From an uncultured Candidatus Poseidoniales archaeon (GTDB taxonomy: Archaea; Thermoplasmatota; Poseidoniia; Poseidoniales; Thalassarchaeaceae): a stretch of 64,000 nucleotides of DNA. The DNA lies in assembly GCA_902625325.1 (NCBI GenBank), contig CACOAW010000002.1, positions 14,971 through 78,970 of the forward strand, read 5' to 3'. Below are positions 11,390-20,678 of this stretch, piece by piece (positions within the stretch are counted from its first letter, which is position 1; each line of letters opens with the position of its first letter). Under the pieces are notes generated by a model. It did no database searches. It was not told where the DNA came from and saw nothing but the letters and a program-made list of their open reading frames with translations. A program made the position numbers and the translations under genes.

Positions 11390-11908
11390 TCAGAACTTCA
11401 TGCGAAAGGAGCCATTTCGACCCAACAGAATTCCCGAGTAATGATCATCCACACGCGAGTCGAAGGGGTCCATCGAGTAAATCAACTCCTTACTGTAGGT
11501 CTTGTAAAGGAACATCTCCCAAAGGAAGCCCCTGTTCCCCCCCGCAGAAAGGAAGTCTCCCCCGGAGACCCTCCTGATTTGGGAAAGCACCGCCCCAATG
11601 TCCTTCGAAAATCCTAGAACTCCTGTCTCCATCACCACGAACTCACCATCATCGAACTCCTCCCAGGCCGACATATCATTGATGTCCATCCTATCGCATT
11701 TATCACAGCCATACAGGTCTACAGTAACATCCCCGTGCTCACAGTTAGGGAACATGCTGGACATGAATTGGAAGTAGTTCCCGCTACAAGGGTCACCAAT
11801 CACCATCAGCTTCTTCCCCTTGGTCTCGGACATCTCCTTGGCTACCCTGAACATCTTCTTTGTGAGCAGGTTTCGTTTTATCGGCGAGATTAGGATGCTC
11901 TTGATCAT
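11390..11908 (-). CDS. Small hypothetical protein, possibly a degenerate class I methyltransferase fold
   Basis: VIGDP, VTVDL, and VLSQIRRVSGG resembling the class I MTase motif; start 11908 or 11917. Confidence 0.55.
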   Translation of the reverse strand: MIKSILISPIKRNLLTKKMFRVAKEMSETKGKKLMVIGDPCSGNYFQFMSSMFPNCEHGDVTVDLYGCDKCDRMDINDMSAWEEFDDGEFVVMETGVLGFSKDIGAVLSQIRRVSGGDFLSAGGNRGFLWEMFLYKTYSKELIYSMDPFDSRVDDHYSGILLGRNGSFRMKF

Positions 11909-11963
11909 GTGGCCCACCTCTCCGTCATTGTCAAGCCATGGCGCCTATCGGCTCATCAACGTG

Positions 11964-13142
11964 ATGCGTCACCTGAGGGTCCCAAATCGAGATGTGGAGA
12001 GGATCCTGAGTCTACTCAGAGAGAGGGAATGGCTAGCTTCTGACATGAGGGTTTTTTCGAAGGACGATGCAGAATTCCGCTTGGTCCCCATCGATCCTGG
12101 ATCTCCAATCGCACTCCCAGCACCCTTTGACAAATACGAGACAGAAGTCCATGAGGGTCAGCCCGACAATAGAATAGATTCCGATTGGTGGAATCATCTC
12201 ACGAATCTTTTGGGTCCAGAGGTGATTGCGACTCATGGCGAAGCATGGCCTTCTTCACATGAGTTCATTTCGGATATGATGATAGTAAGAATCGAGGATG
12301 AATTGGATAGGTTCTCTGCCCAAATCGCCGAGGCCAAACTCCTTTCCCATCCTCACATCAGACTAGTCCTAAACGACGAAGGCGTCCAGGGCGAGCTAAG
12401 GATACGCAAGCTAACCCCGATTGGTGCCAGAGTCGATGGCGCGATAGTTACCGAGGCAATTCCAGACTCCGTGAGCAGCACTCGGGTCTTGGTCCGAGAG
12501 TCTGGGAAATCCATCGCTTGCGATCCAAGAAAGGCGTACTTCTCGACCAAACTCCAGTCCGAGAGACTCGAAACTCTCACTCTGGCCAGAGAACTCAGAG
12601 AACTACTAGGAAGACCGTTAAGGGTCTGCGATCCATTTTGTGGAGTAGGCCCTTCACTAGCAATTCTGCTTTCGGAACCGGGCCTAGTCAGCGAGGTGCT
12701 GGCATCCGATCTGAATCCCCATGCAGTGGAGCTCCTGATGGATAACCTCCGCAGATGGGACGGTAGGAGTTATCCGATGGAACCCGCCCCGATTTCAAGG
12801 ATTTTCGAAGACCGCATAATCGGAGTCGCTGATGCCATGCAACTACAATCAAATCCGGAGTTTACTGGTAGGTGGGACCTGCTCATAGTAAACCTCCCAC
12901 ATAGAACACTCGATATTCTAGACTCTCTCGTGCCCTTGCTTGACCGAGAGACTCCATCTATGGTGAGGGGCAGGGTTATTGTTCCAGAGAACGAAATCGA
13001 GCACGCCAACCGATCCATTAGTAGAGATCTCCCTGACTCACTGGGAGGGTCCCCGGCTCCAAATCTGAAAATAAAGAGAGATTACAGTAGCAAACTAAGA
13101 CTATGCTCTTTCCAGGCTTGGATTGCACCTCGGGAGGACTAG
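11964..13142 (+). CDS. Trm5/Taw2 (Met-10+) family tRNA-modifying SAM-dependent transferase
   Basis: KAYFSTKLQSER, DPFCGVGP, SDLNP, IVNLP. Confidence 0.8.
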   Translation: MRHLRVPNRDVERILSLLREREWLASDMRVFSKDDAEFRLVPIDPGSPIALPAPFDKYETEVHEGQPDNRIDSDWWNHLTNLLGPEVIATHGEAWPSSHEFISDMMIVRIEDELDRFSAQIAEAKLLSHPHIRLVLNDEGVQGELRIRKLTPIGARVDGAIVTEAIPDSVSSTRVLVRESGKSIACDPRKAYFSTKLQSERLETLTLARELRELLGRPLRVCDPFCGVGPSLAILLSEPGLVSEVLASDLNPHAVELLMDNLRRWDGRSYPMEPAPISRIFEDRIIGVADAMQLQSNPEFTGRWDLLIVNLPHRTLDILDSLVPLLDRETPSMVRGRVIVPENEIEHANRSISRDLPDSLGGSPAPNLKIKRDYSSKLRLCSFQAWIAPRED

Positions 13143-13143
13143 T

Positions 13144-14826
13144 TTGAACAACATCCTAGACAAACTTTCTAGCAAGTCAGAAGAAATTCCTGATAAGATA
13201 GCATTTGCATTCATAAGGAAAGGAAAGAAGAACAAAACAGACAGTATCTCTTTCAGAGAACTCGATCAAAAGAGCGATAGAGCAGCTCGCTATCTATCGA
13301 ACAGAGGTTTCAAGGACGGTCTAGTAACACTCGTACTATCACGTCCTAGTACCGATTTCGTCGTACTGATGTATGCAATGCTCAAGACGGGGGCAGTCCC
13401 TCTCCTGTTACCTCCCATCCAAATCACGAAGCGGAAAGGAAGAGCGCAGCTAAGAAAAGTTCTGAAAAGAGCTGGACCAGAGGGGGTAATCGGAAGCGGG
13501 ACTTTGCTCGCAATTCGCAGGATTCTCCGCCTCGGACCCAGAAAGTTGAGGACAATAAACATCCGAAATCTAAGGGAATTCTACTCCAATCCTAGCAACG
13601 AGTCAGATTTTATCTCGAAAAAAGAAATTGACTGGACCGACGTCCCGGCCTTTGTTAGGTACACAACAGGAAGCACCGGGCCACCGAAGGGAGTGATATA
13701 CTCTCATGGGATGTTACATTCTCTCCTCCGCACTCTCGAATCGGAGGGAATTACGTCTGATGACGTCTTCTTTGGAAGATCTGGTACGCTAATCATCCAT
13801 CCTCTGATTGGAATCTCATCCGTGTCAATAATTGCTAAACCTAGAAATGTCACAGGGCAGGAAATAGTCGAAACCATCTCTAATTGGGGAGCGACGGCAG
13901 CATTCCTGTCCCCTCCGTCGGCAATCCATCTGGCAAAATTCTTGGAAAGCCACGGGGAATCACATCATCAACTACGGGCAATGCTGAAATCCCTAACACG
14001 GATTTACGTTGGAGGGGAAACGATTTCTGCTGGTTTTGTCAGTACGATTGAAAGTCACCTACCAGAAGAGAGACCAACCCGTGGAGGATTCCATCTTGTT
14101 TACGGGGCTACTGAGGGATTTCCCCTCTGCTATGCCAAGGCTAGCACCATCATAGATACTTACACAAAAACCAAATCTGGAATGGGATTCTGTCTAGGAG
14201 AACCAGTGGAGGGCATTAGGATTAGGGTGCTTTCTTTCGAGGACAACAATGAACAGTTTGACCCTTCCATTGCGTCAGAAGTCCCGGGTTCTGGACCTGG
14301 TAACATAGGAGAAATCTCGGTCATGGGCCCAGCAGTATATTCTTCTCTTATTGGGCAGGATGAAATAGAGTTCGGAGGCCGAAAGACGACCGCTCACGAC
14401 TCACTGGATGGAACTAATTGGCATCGAACCGGGGATTTGGGATACTTAGACGAGCATGGTAGAGTTTGGATAGTCGGTAGGAAGGCTCACAGAGTTAGAT
14501 CGAAAGACGGCTTCACTCTACACACCAAACAGATAGAGGAGATCTTCAATCATAGCCTCGGGATTAGAACTGCTTTGGTGGAGGGTCCGCGTAACCATTG
14601 GCCCGTGATTCTGGTTGAAAAAGACAAGGCTCCCTGGAATGAAACGGAAAAGAGACTGAAAGAAGAGGAGGAACGAGCCTGTCATTTACTGGGCTATGAT
14701 GGTGAACTCACTTTCCTCCAGTATGGAGGGCAGTTTCCGGTAGATGCAGGTCATGAAGCTAAAATAGAGAGAGAGAAGTTGAGCGATTGGGCCAAGCAGA
14801 GACTGCACGGAAACCACCCTAACTGA
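13144..14826 (+). CDS. ANL-superfamily adenylate-forming enzyme, OleC (beta-lactone synthetase)-like
   Basis: YTTGSTGPPKG, YGATE, HRTGDLGYLD, GRKAHRV, C-terminal FPVDAGHEAKIEREKL matching OleC FPVDxRHNAKIxREKL; probable TTG start. Confidence 0.75.
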   Translation: MNNILDKLSSKSEEIPDKIAFAFIRKGKKNKTDSISFRELDQKSDRAARYLSNRGFKDGLVTLVLSRPSTDFVVLMYAMLKTGAVPLLLPPIQITKRKGRAQLRKVLKRAGPEGVIGSGTLLAIRRILRLGPRKLRTINIRNLREFYSNPSNESDFISKKEIDWTDVPAFVRYTTGSTGPPKGVIYSHGMLHSLLRTLESEGITSDDVFFGRSGTLIIHPLIGISSVSIIAKPRNVTGQEIVETISNWGATAAFLSPPSAIHLAKFLESHGESHHQLRAMLKSLTRIYVGGETISAGFVSTIESHLPEERPTRGGFHLVYGATEGFPLCYAKASTIIDTYTKTKSGMGFCLGEPVEGIRIRVLSFEDNNEQFDPSIASEVPGSGPGNIGEISVMGPAVYSSLIGQDEIEFGGRKTTAHDSLDGTNWHRTGDLGYLDEHGRVWIVGRKAHRVRSKDGFTLHTKQIEEIFNHSLGIRTALVEGPRNHWPVILVEKDKAPWNETEKRLKEEEERACHLLGYDGELTFLQYGGQFPVDAGHEAKIEREKLSDWAKQRLHGNHPN

Positions 14827-14834
14827 CGATTCAT

Positions 14835-14910
14835 TGGCGCCCCGACCGGGATTTGAACCCGGGTCGCAGCCTCGACAGGGCTGCATGATAGGCCACTACA
14901 CCATCGGGGC
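14835..14910 (-). tRNA. tRNA-Asp(GTC)
   Basis: Cloverleaf GCCCCGA...TCGGGGC-G-CCA; anticodon arm CAGCC-CTGTCGA-GGCTG; T-loop TTCAAAT. Confidence 0.97.
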
Positions 14911-14989
14911 CGGCTCTCCAACGAGATAGCCTTCCTTTTTCAAGGTTTGAGGGGGCATCATTGATGGCCCAACCGTCCACAGGCTATGC

Positions 14990-15580
14990 ATGGAAGGAGC
15001 CCCTGTAGTCATCGACGTGATAGACAATGGCGGTCAGTGGACCCACAGAGAGTGGCGAATGCTTCGATATCTGGGCGTAGATACACAAATTCTCCCGAAC
15101 GATGTTCCGGTATCAGAAATACGAGAATTAGACGGCTTAATTCTATCAGGAGGAGCGGCCAGAGTAGGCCTAACCGGGAAGTTGGGAAACTGTGCAGAAT
15201 ACCTCTCTCTAGAAGTTCCGATCCTAGGGATATGCGCTGGCCACCAATTCATGGCTAGACACTATGGAGGGAATGCGGGCGAGGCCCCTAAGCCAGAGTT
15301 CGGTGCAGCAACCATTTCCCTAGTAGGGGATGGCGGCCCTCTGTTCCGAGGCACACCATCTCACCAAACGGTTTGGGAGAGCCATAATGATGAGGTAACC
15401 ACGACTCCACCAGGCTTCACTGTGATCGCCGAAAGCGAGTCCTGCAGAGTGCAGGCAATGCAGAACGAAGAATTAGATAGATTCGGTCTCCAGTTCCACC
15501 CCGAAGTAAATGATACTGAGTTCGGGTCGAATATATTCGAAAACTTCGTCGAGATTTGCAAATCTGCGAAATCTGCATAG
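14990..15580 (+). CDS. guaAA: GMP synthase glutamine amidotransferase subunit A
   Basis: DNGGQWTH, LGICAGHQ, GLQFHPEV. Confidence 0.93.
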   Translation: MEGAPVVIDVIDNGGQWTHREWRMLRYLGVDTQILPNDVPVSEIRELDGLILSGGAARVGLTGKLGNCAEYLSLEVPILGICAGHQFMARHYGGNAGEAPKPEFGAATISLVGDGGPLFRGTPSHQTVWESHNDEVTTTPPGFTVIAESESCRVQAMQNEELDRFGLQFHPEVNDTEFGSNIFENFVEICKSAKSA

Positions 15581-15622
15581 GACAGATTGAAGAAGGCCCG
15601 GCAGGTCGCCGGCTTGGTAGCA

Positions 15623-15886
15623 ATGAAGGGCGGCAAGGAGATCCTACATAAATGCAGAAACTGCAACAGGACCGATAAGAGGCAGTATAACCCTACATCC
15701 GAGGAACACTGCAACCACTGCAACGCTCCCATGGACCCCCTAGAGATTCGATACAAATGCGTTAACTGCGGACACATGTCGTGGGCCGAGGCAGACTCCA
15801 CTGGTAGATCCTGTCACAAGTGCGGATACCGAATCTTCGTCAAGCCACGAAAAGATGGCATGGCCAAGGTTCTGAAAGCCGAGTGA
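15623..15886 (+). CDS. rpo12: RNA polymerase subunit Rpo12/P-like with extra N-terminal Zn ribbon
   Basis: YKCVNCG...CHKCGYRIFVKPR...KVLKAE is Rpo12-like; additional CRNC/CNHC pair upstream. Confidence 0.7.
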   Translation: MKGGKEILHKCRNCNRTDKRQYNPTSEEHCNHCNAPMDPLEIRYKCVNCGHMSWAEADSTGRSCHKCGYRIFVKPRKDGMAKVLKAE

Positions 15887-15926
15887 CAATCGCGGAGTTC
15901 AAGACCCGCCTCTCTCCCATTAGTAT

Positions 15927-17060
15927 ATGGCAAGCTGGCTTGAGACGGAGGCCCCGACCAGTTTCGATGAACTAGCAGTCCCGGCGAACGTTCGTCAGAC
16001 ACTCACTTCCAGTAGCATCTCGATGGATCCGCCTCACTTACTAATCACCGGACCAGCGGGCGTAGGTAAGACCGCATCTTGGCGTCTTTTCGCCAGACAG
16101 CTTCTGGGACCCGGATGGAAGTCTACGACGCACATCCTTCAATCACGAGATTTAGTGAGGCAGAGGGGAGCAATGGCCTCTTTCGAAGAGTTTCTGCGAC
16201 CCAGTGGGACAGAGAGGGACACCTTGGCAGGAAGGACCAGCCTGGATGCTTTCGATAGAGGAATCTCCCTATATCCAGATGAAAGCTTTGCTCCAGCAGG
16301 TTCCGAGACCGAAGTGCACGATGGAATGATTCCTGTCAGCCGTCTGATAGTAATTGAGGACGCCGATTACCTGGGACATATTCGCCAAGCATATCTCAGG
16401 AGGATGATGGAGACGGTAGGAGGCGCTTCCAGATTCGTACTCGTAGCCCGGGCCCCATCCAGAATCATAGACGCACTACGATCACGCAGTCAAATGATTA
16501 GGATCCCATCTACCGACAGAGAAACAATCACCACTACTCTATTACAAATAGCTGAGAAAAACGAATGCATACCGGCAGAAGGAGTACTGGAGGATATATC
16601 TTACATTTCCGATGGCAATCTAAAGAAGGCTGTCTTCACACTGGAGATGCTAGATTCCAGGGGGCTTGCTTCAGATCGATCGGCAGTTCATAAGATGGTT
16701 CAGGCATCAACACTTCAAGCAGGGAGGAGACTAGTAGAACTGGCTATTCGAGGCAAGGTAGTCGAATGGAAGTGGGAAAATCAACGAGGAAGGAATAAGA
16801 AAGTACTATCAGGAGCAATGGCAGAAGTTGACAACCTGATGAATAATCATGGCCTAGATTCCACCGACCTCGTCTCCCAGATCCATTCTGTCATAATCGG
16901 AAGGAGGCTCAGCGTCCCCCAGTCACTAAGGTATGAGATTCTGGATGCATTGTCGGAATGCGATGTAGGACTACAGAGATCCACGTATCCTAGGATTCAC
17001 TTCGAGAGATTCCTGCATCGAACTGCCATCGCGGGGAAGAAGCACGGACTTTCGATGTAA
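15927..17060 (+). CDS. Replication factor C small subunit-like AAA+ protein (divergent)
   Basis: PHLLITGPAGVGKT, IEDAD, LRRMME, LRSR, GNLKKA. Confidence 0.8.
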   Translation: MASWLETEAPTSFDELAVPANVRQTLTSSSISMDPPHLLITGPAGVGKTASWRLFARQLLGPGWKSTTHILQSRDLVRQRGAMASFEEFLRPSGTERDTLAGRTSLDAFDRGISLYPDESFAPAGSETEVHDGMIPVSRLIVIEDADYLGHIRQAYLRRMMETVGGASRFVLVARAPSRIIDALRSRSQMIRIPSTDRETITTTLLQIAEKNECIPAEGVLEDISYISDGNLKKAVFTLEMLDSRGLASDRSAVHKMVQASTLQAGRRLVELAIRGKVVEWKWENQRGRNKKVLSGAMAEVDNLMNNHGLDSTDLVSQIHSVIIGRRLSVPQSLRYEILDALSECDVGLQRSTYPRIHFERFLHRTAIAGKKHGLSM

Positions 17061-17063
17061 TCG

Positions 17064-17141
17064 TGGCGGGCGCGGCAGGATTCGAACCCGCGGTCCCCGG
17101 CTTAGGAGGCCGGTGCATTATCCAGGCTATGCTACACGCCC
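17064..17141 (-). tRNA. tRNA-Arg(CCT)
   Basis: GGGCGTG...CGCGCCC-G-CCA; anticodon arm CCGGC-CTCCTAA-GCCGG; T-loop TTCGAAT. Confidence 0.96.
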
Positions 17142-17242
17142 GCTCTTGCGAACACGCACTCCTGAAGAAATCTGCCCCAAAAACGAGCACTCTTGGCAGA
17201 ACCATCCGATGCCATGAAGCAGGGGAGGCTTCTGGGTAACAC

Positions 17243-18706
17243 ATGGCGAGCAATATGTCTGACCTGCCAAACCCCTACGGCGAAGACGACCTACCCGGCT
17301 CCCCTGAGTCCGCTCTGGAACGCAGAGTTCGAATCAGAGACTCTCAAAGAGTATTCTGGACCAAAATTGCCAATATACGGTGGAGCGGCCTCGTCAGAAT
17401 ATCCGTATCGTTCGCTGCTGTATTGGCTACGTTAGTCCTAGCATCTGGTCGTGGAGGGGAGTTAGTGTACGTCGGTGTTGCACTTTTCGCATTTCAGGCC
17501 GTTCTTTTCTTCCCTACTATGCTGGCCTCTTCCTTCGCCCAGATGTCTGCTAGAGACCGACTACAGTTGAAAATTGGACGTACTAGATCCATGGAAGCCT
17601 ATCCCGGTGTTGAGAGAATCCTAAACACGCTCCAAGAGAGAACACTTAGAGAGAGAACCAGACTGATATGTGCGTTACTTGCAGCAGGAGCACTCAATTC
17701 TGAGGATAACTTCCAGACAGGAACAATTCTGGCGTCAATACTCTTCGGATTGGCTATATTCCTAGGATCAATCTCTATTATCAACACACTTCAGTTAGAA
17801 CGTCGAATCCCAATGACAGACTCAGACTTCCCGTTGCTATCCATGCACGCCCCAACTCTCCATCAAAGCACTCTGAAGAGAGCCCTTACTGATTTGGTAG
17901 TCGCACATTTAGATCCGGAAACAGCGGGGGCATGGGACGATTGGGTCGTTGGCCTAGAAAATAAGGTCAGATCAAACCAAACTCCTGAATCTGCGGTAGA
18001 GCACCTACTCAGAGTACTACATCTGAATCACCTAGGTCTCCTTGATGACAGCAGACTGATATCTGAGTCCAAGAGGGTCTTCAGGGTTGCCGCAATAGAT
18101 GATCTAAACAATAACGAGTCAAAGTTCTGCTACAGGACACTCAGAAGACTAATGGCACACACTAGAGCATGGCAACCAGGGCTGTTCAGACTGATAGATA
18201 GGCTCGAGGATGCTGCATTGAGGGGGCATGCCTCACTTATCGAGAGCCCATGGCGACTCGATCTGGACATCCCCCCTAGATGCTCCCAAGGCCAGGGGGA
18301 TCTGTTCGTGATGATCCATAACCACTCTGGACGTGAATCTCAGATAGAGGTAGACATCATTGCTGCTGACGGGGAACCCCACCAGCAGACGCTGAGATTG
18401 AATCCTCCAGTATCTAGGCAGCCCAAGAAACCTGCAAAAATAGGAGAAGAAGGAAACGATATAGTAGACGTGCTCGCAAGACTGATTGACAACAGCCTGG
18501 TCCTATGGATAGGTCTAGCATGGCCCACGGGGTCAACAGGCCCTAAGCCAGTTCAGGTTAACATGAGGGGGCCCACAGGTGAGACACTCTCAGCGTTCGT
18601 GGTCCAAACAACCCTCTCCTCCGGGTTCAATCCAGAAGGAGCCACAGAGAAGATGCTCGATGCAGCAGTTGCAGTACGCAGAATCGCTATTTCCGTTGCA
18701 GATTGA
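17243..18706 (+). CDS. Hypothetical membrane protein (about 4 N-terminal TM helices, soluble C-terminus)
   Basis: 487-aa ORF; hydrophobic segments in the first 190 aa. Confidence 0.7.
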   Translation: MASNMSDLPNPYGEDDLPGSPESALERRVRIRDSQRVFWTKIANIRWSGLVRISVSFAAVLATLVLASGRGGELVYVGVALFAFQAVLFFPTMLASSFAQMSARDRLQLKIGRTRSMEAYPGVERILNTLQERTLRERTRLICALLAAGALNSEDNFQTGTILASILFGLAIFLGSISIINTLQLERRIPMTDSDFPLLSMHAPTLHQSTLKRALTDLVVAHLDPETAGAWDDWVVGLENKVRSNQTPESAVEHLLRVLHLNHLGLLDDSRLISESKRVFRVAAIDDLNNNESKFCYRTLRRLMAHTRAWQPGLFRLIDRLEDAALRGHASLIESPWRLDLDIPPRCSQGQGDLFVMIHNHSGRESQIEVDIIAADGEPHQQTLRLNPPVSRQPKKPAKIGEEGNDIVDVLARLIDNSLVLWIGLAWPTGSTGPKPVQVNMRGPTGETLSAFVVQTTLSSGFNPEGATEKMLDAAVAVRRIAISVAD

Positions 18707-18770
18707 AATAAACTGGGGAATTTCTCACAGCGTCACGTTCTTGTGACCGAGAGTTCTGGGGTAAAGAGAG

Positions 18771-20207
18771 ATGGAGTCCAGGGAAGTTGTCATCATCGGT
18801 TCGGGCCCAGCAGCCCTGCGCGCAGCGATAGCATGCGCTGATGGAGGAACGGTACCACTCATGATTGATGAGTTTGGAATCGGCTCTGCCTCGGGCTCTC
18901 ACCCAGTAGCCGGATTAGCAGCCTCAATAGATGAAATGGACTCAAAATCCCATGAAGAGGACACTCTAGCTCTGGGTGGCGAAACATGTGACGAAAGGGT
19001 TGTATCCAGGACATGTAAACAAGGAGTGGAGACTTTAGCTGAACTAGAGAGATGGGGATTGGCCCTAAGGCGCAGAGAAGGGGGGCTTCCATATGCATCT
19101 GCAGCACCAGGGCACAAAACACCCAGGCTAACGGGTTGCGGGGACGCAACTGTTAGGGAGGTGACGCGGGTACTCGAAGAACAGGCTATCAAGAGAGGAA
19201 TCCAGAGAAACGCCGACTCGATTCCTCTTAGGATAGTCTCGGACAACTCACAGGTTCGGGGGGTTGTGATTCTAGATGTCCCCACTGGAAGAATAGACGC
19301 TATTCAGACCAAGGCGGTTATCCTAGCGACCGAAGGACATCAGGGACTTTGGTCAAAACCCAGCGATGGATCAGGAACCGGCTCGGCACTCGCTATTTCT
19401 GCTGGAATCGATCTGAAGGGGGTGGAAATCACCCCTAGGCATCCTCTAACGATTAGGGATTGTGGGATCCACATCCCTCTGGATGTTCTAGGATCCGGTG
19501 GCAGAATAAGAAGAGAGAACGGAGACGATGTAGGCCCAGAGGAAGCCCTGGAGGGAGAAACCTGTGTACTCGATCTTAGACAGATGGACGCAGACGCAAA
19601 AGTTTGGTTCTCACAGACATCAATGCGAATAATGGATAGACTAGGGATTGACATTTCACAGGACGTGATACCTCTTTCTCCAGGAGTAGCATACACAACC
19701 GGTGGCGCACCATCCGACGCACAAGGAAGAGTTATTTTCCAAGGTCACACAACGGAGGGCCTCCCCGCCGAACTATGGCACACTGGCCTATACGCTGCTG
19801 GACGGAGTGCTCACACTGGAATGCACGGATCGAACGCGCTACCCGGGAATCTTCTACTTGACGACCTGGTATCAGGAAAAGCGGCAGGCGAGCATGCATC
19901 AGAATGGGCAACAGAAATCAAATTTGGAGGAGATACTCAGATTGAAGAGGCCGTGAAGGGAGAATCAGCCAGGATCTCTTCCATAATGAGCGGAGACGGA
20001 ATGGCAGTTGCAAAGTTTCACTCGAAGTTGACATCTGCAATCTCTTCCGGATCATCCAATAAGGCATCACTAGCCGAAGTTAGAGCAATAAAAGATACAG
20101 GGATCAGCCTGTCTGATACCTCATCAGTCATGAACACCGAAATGGTAGAGGCCCTACGGTTGGTCGGCCTTGCATCCATCGCTGAAGCGATTCTTACTAA
20201 TGGGTGA
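18771..20207 (+). CDS. SdhA/FrdA/NadB-family FAD-binding protein, divergent
   Basis: GSGPAALRAA, KAVILATEG, TGLYAAG, HGSNALPGNLL. Confidence 0.8.
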   Translation: MESREVVIIGSGPAALRAAIACADGGTVPLMIDEFGIGSASGSHPVAGLAASIDEMDSKSHEEDTLALGGETCDERVVSRTCKQGVETLAELERWGLALRRREGGLPYASAAPGHKTPRLTGCGDATVREVTRVLEEQAIKRGIQRNADSIPLRIVSDNSQVRGVVILDVPTGRIDAIQTKAVILATEGHQGLWSKPSDGSGTGSALAISAGIDLKGVEITPRHPLTIRDCGIHIPLDVLGSGGRIRRENGDDVGPEEALEGETCVLDLRQMDADAKVWFSQTSMRIMDRLGIDISQDVIPLSPGVAYTTGGAPSDAQGRVIFQGHTTEGLPAELWHTGLYAAGRSAHTGMHGSNALPGNLLLDDLVSGKAAGEHASEWATEIKFGGDTQIEEAVKGESARISSIMSGDGMAVAKFHSKLTSAISSGSSNKASLAEVRAIKDTGISLSDTSSVMNTEMVEALRLVGLASIAEAILTNG

Positions 20208-20212
20208 GGAAT

Positions 20213-20650
20213 ATGGAAGATGACTCAAGCATCTTCGCAATGATCATCCAAGGTGAGATTCCATGCCACAAGGTATACGAGGACGACTTGATATTCGCAT
20301 TTCTTGATATCAATCCATCTAGTCCTGGCCATACGCTAGTGGTACCCAAAGAGCCAGCCAGAACTCTTGATGAACTGAGTGATGGTTCTGCGCAGGCCAT
20401 TGGTAGGGCCCTGCCTAGGATATCAAGGGCAGTGCTGGAGGCCACTGGGGCATCTGAGTTCAACGTAATTCAGAACAATGGCCCGAATGCATTCCAGAGT
20501 GTATTCCACGTTCATTTCCATATCATCCCGAAGATGGATGATGGCAGCGGGCTCTCATTCCCATTCAACCCCTCGCCGATAGATCATGAAGATGGAGCAC
20601 GTCTATCATCTTCGATCAGAGATTTGCTGAGTCGTCCGCCCTCTCAATAA
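20213..20650 (+). CDS. HIT family hydrolase
   Basis: AFLDINP, GHTLVVPK, QSVFHVHFHIIP. Confidence 0.93.
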   Translation: MEDDSSIFAMIIQGEIPCHKVYEDDLIFAFLDINPSSPGHTLVVPKEPARTLDELSDGSAQAIGRALPRISRAVLEATGASEFNVIQNNGPNAFQSVFHVHFHIIPKMDDGSGLSFPFNPSPIDHEDGARLSSSIRDLLSRPPSQ

Positions 20651-20678
20651 TCAAGACCTCTCACCCCATCCGGAACCC

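Noticed and set aside
11930-14910. Integrated element at tRNA-Asp
   Set aside because: No integrase; only a 7-bp match (TGGCGCC near 11939) to the tRNA end, which is expected by chance
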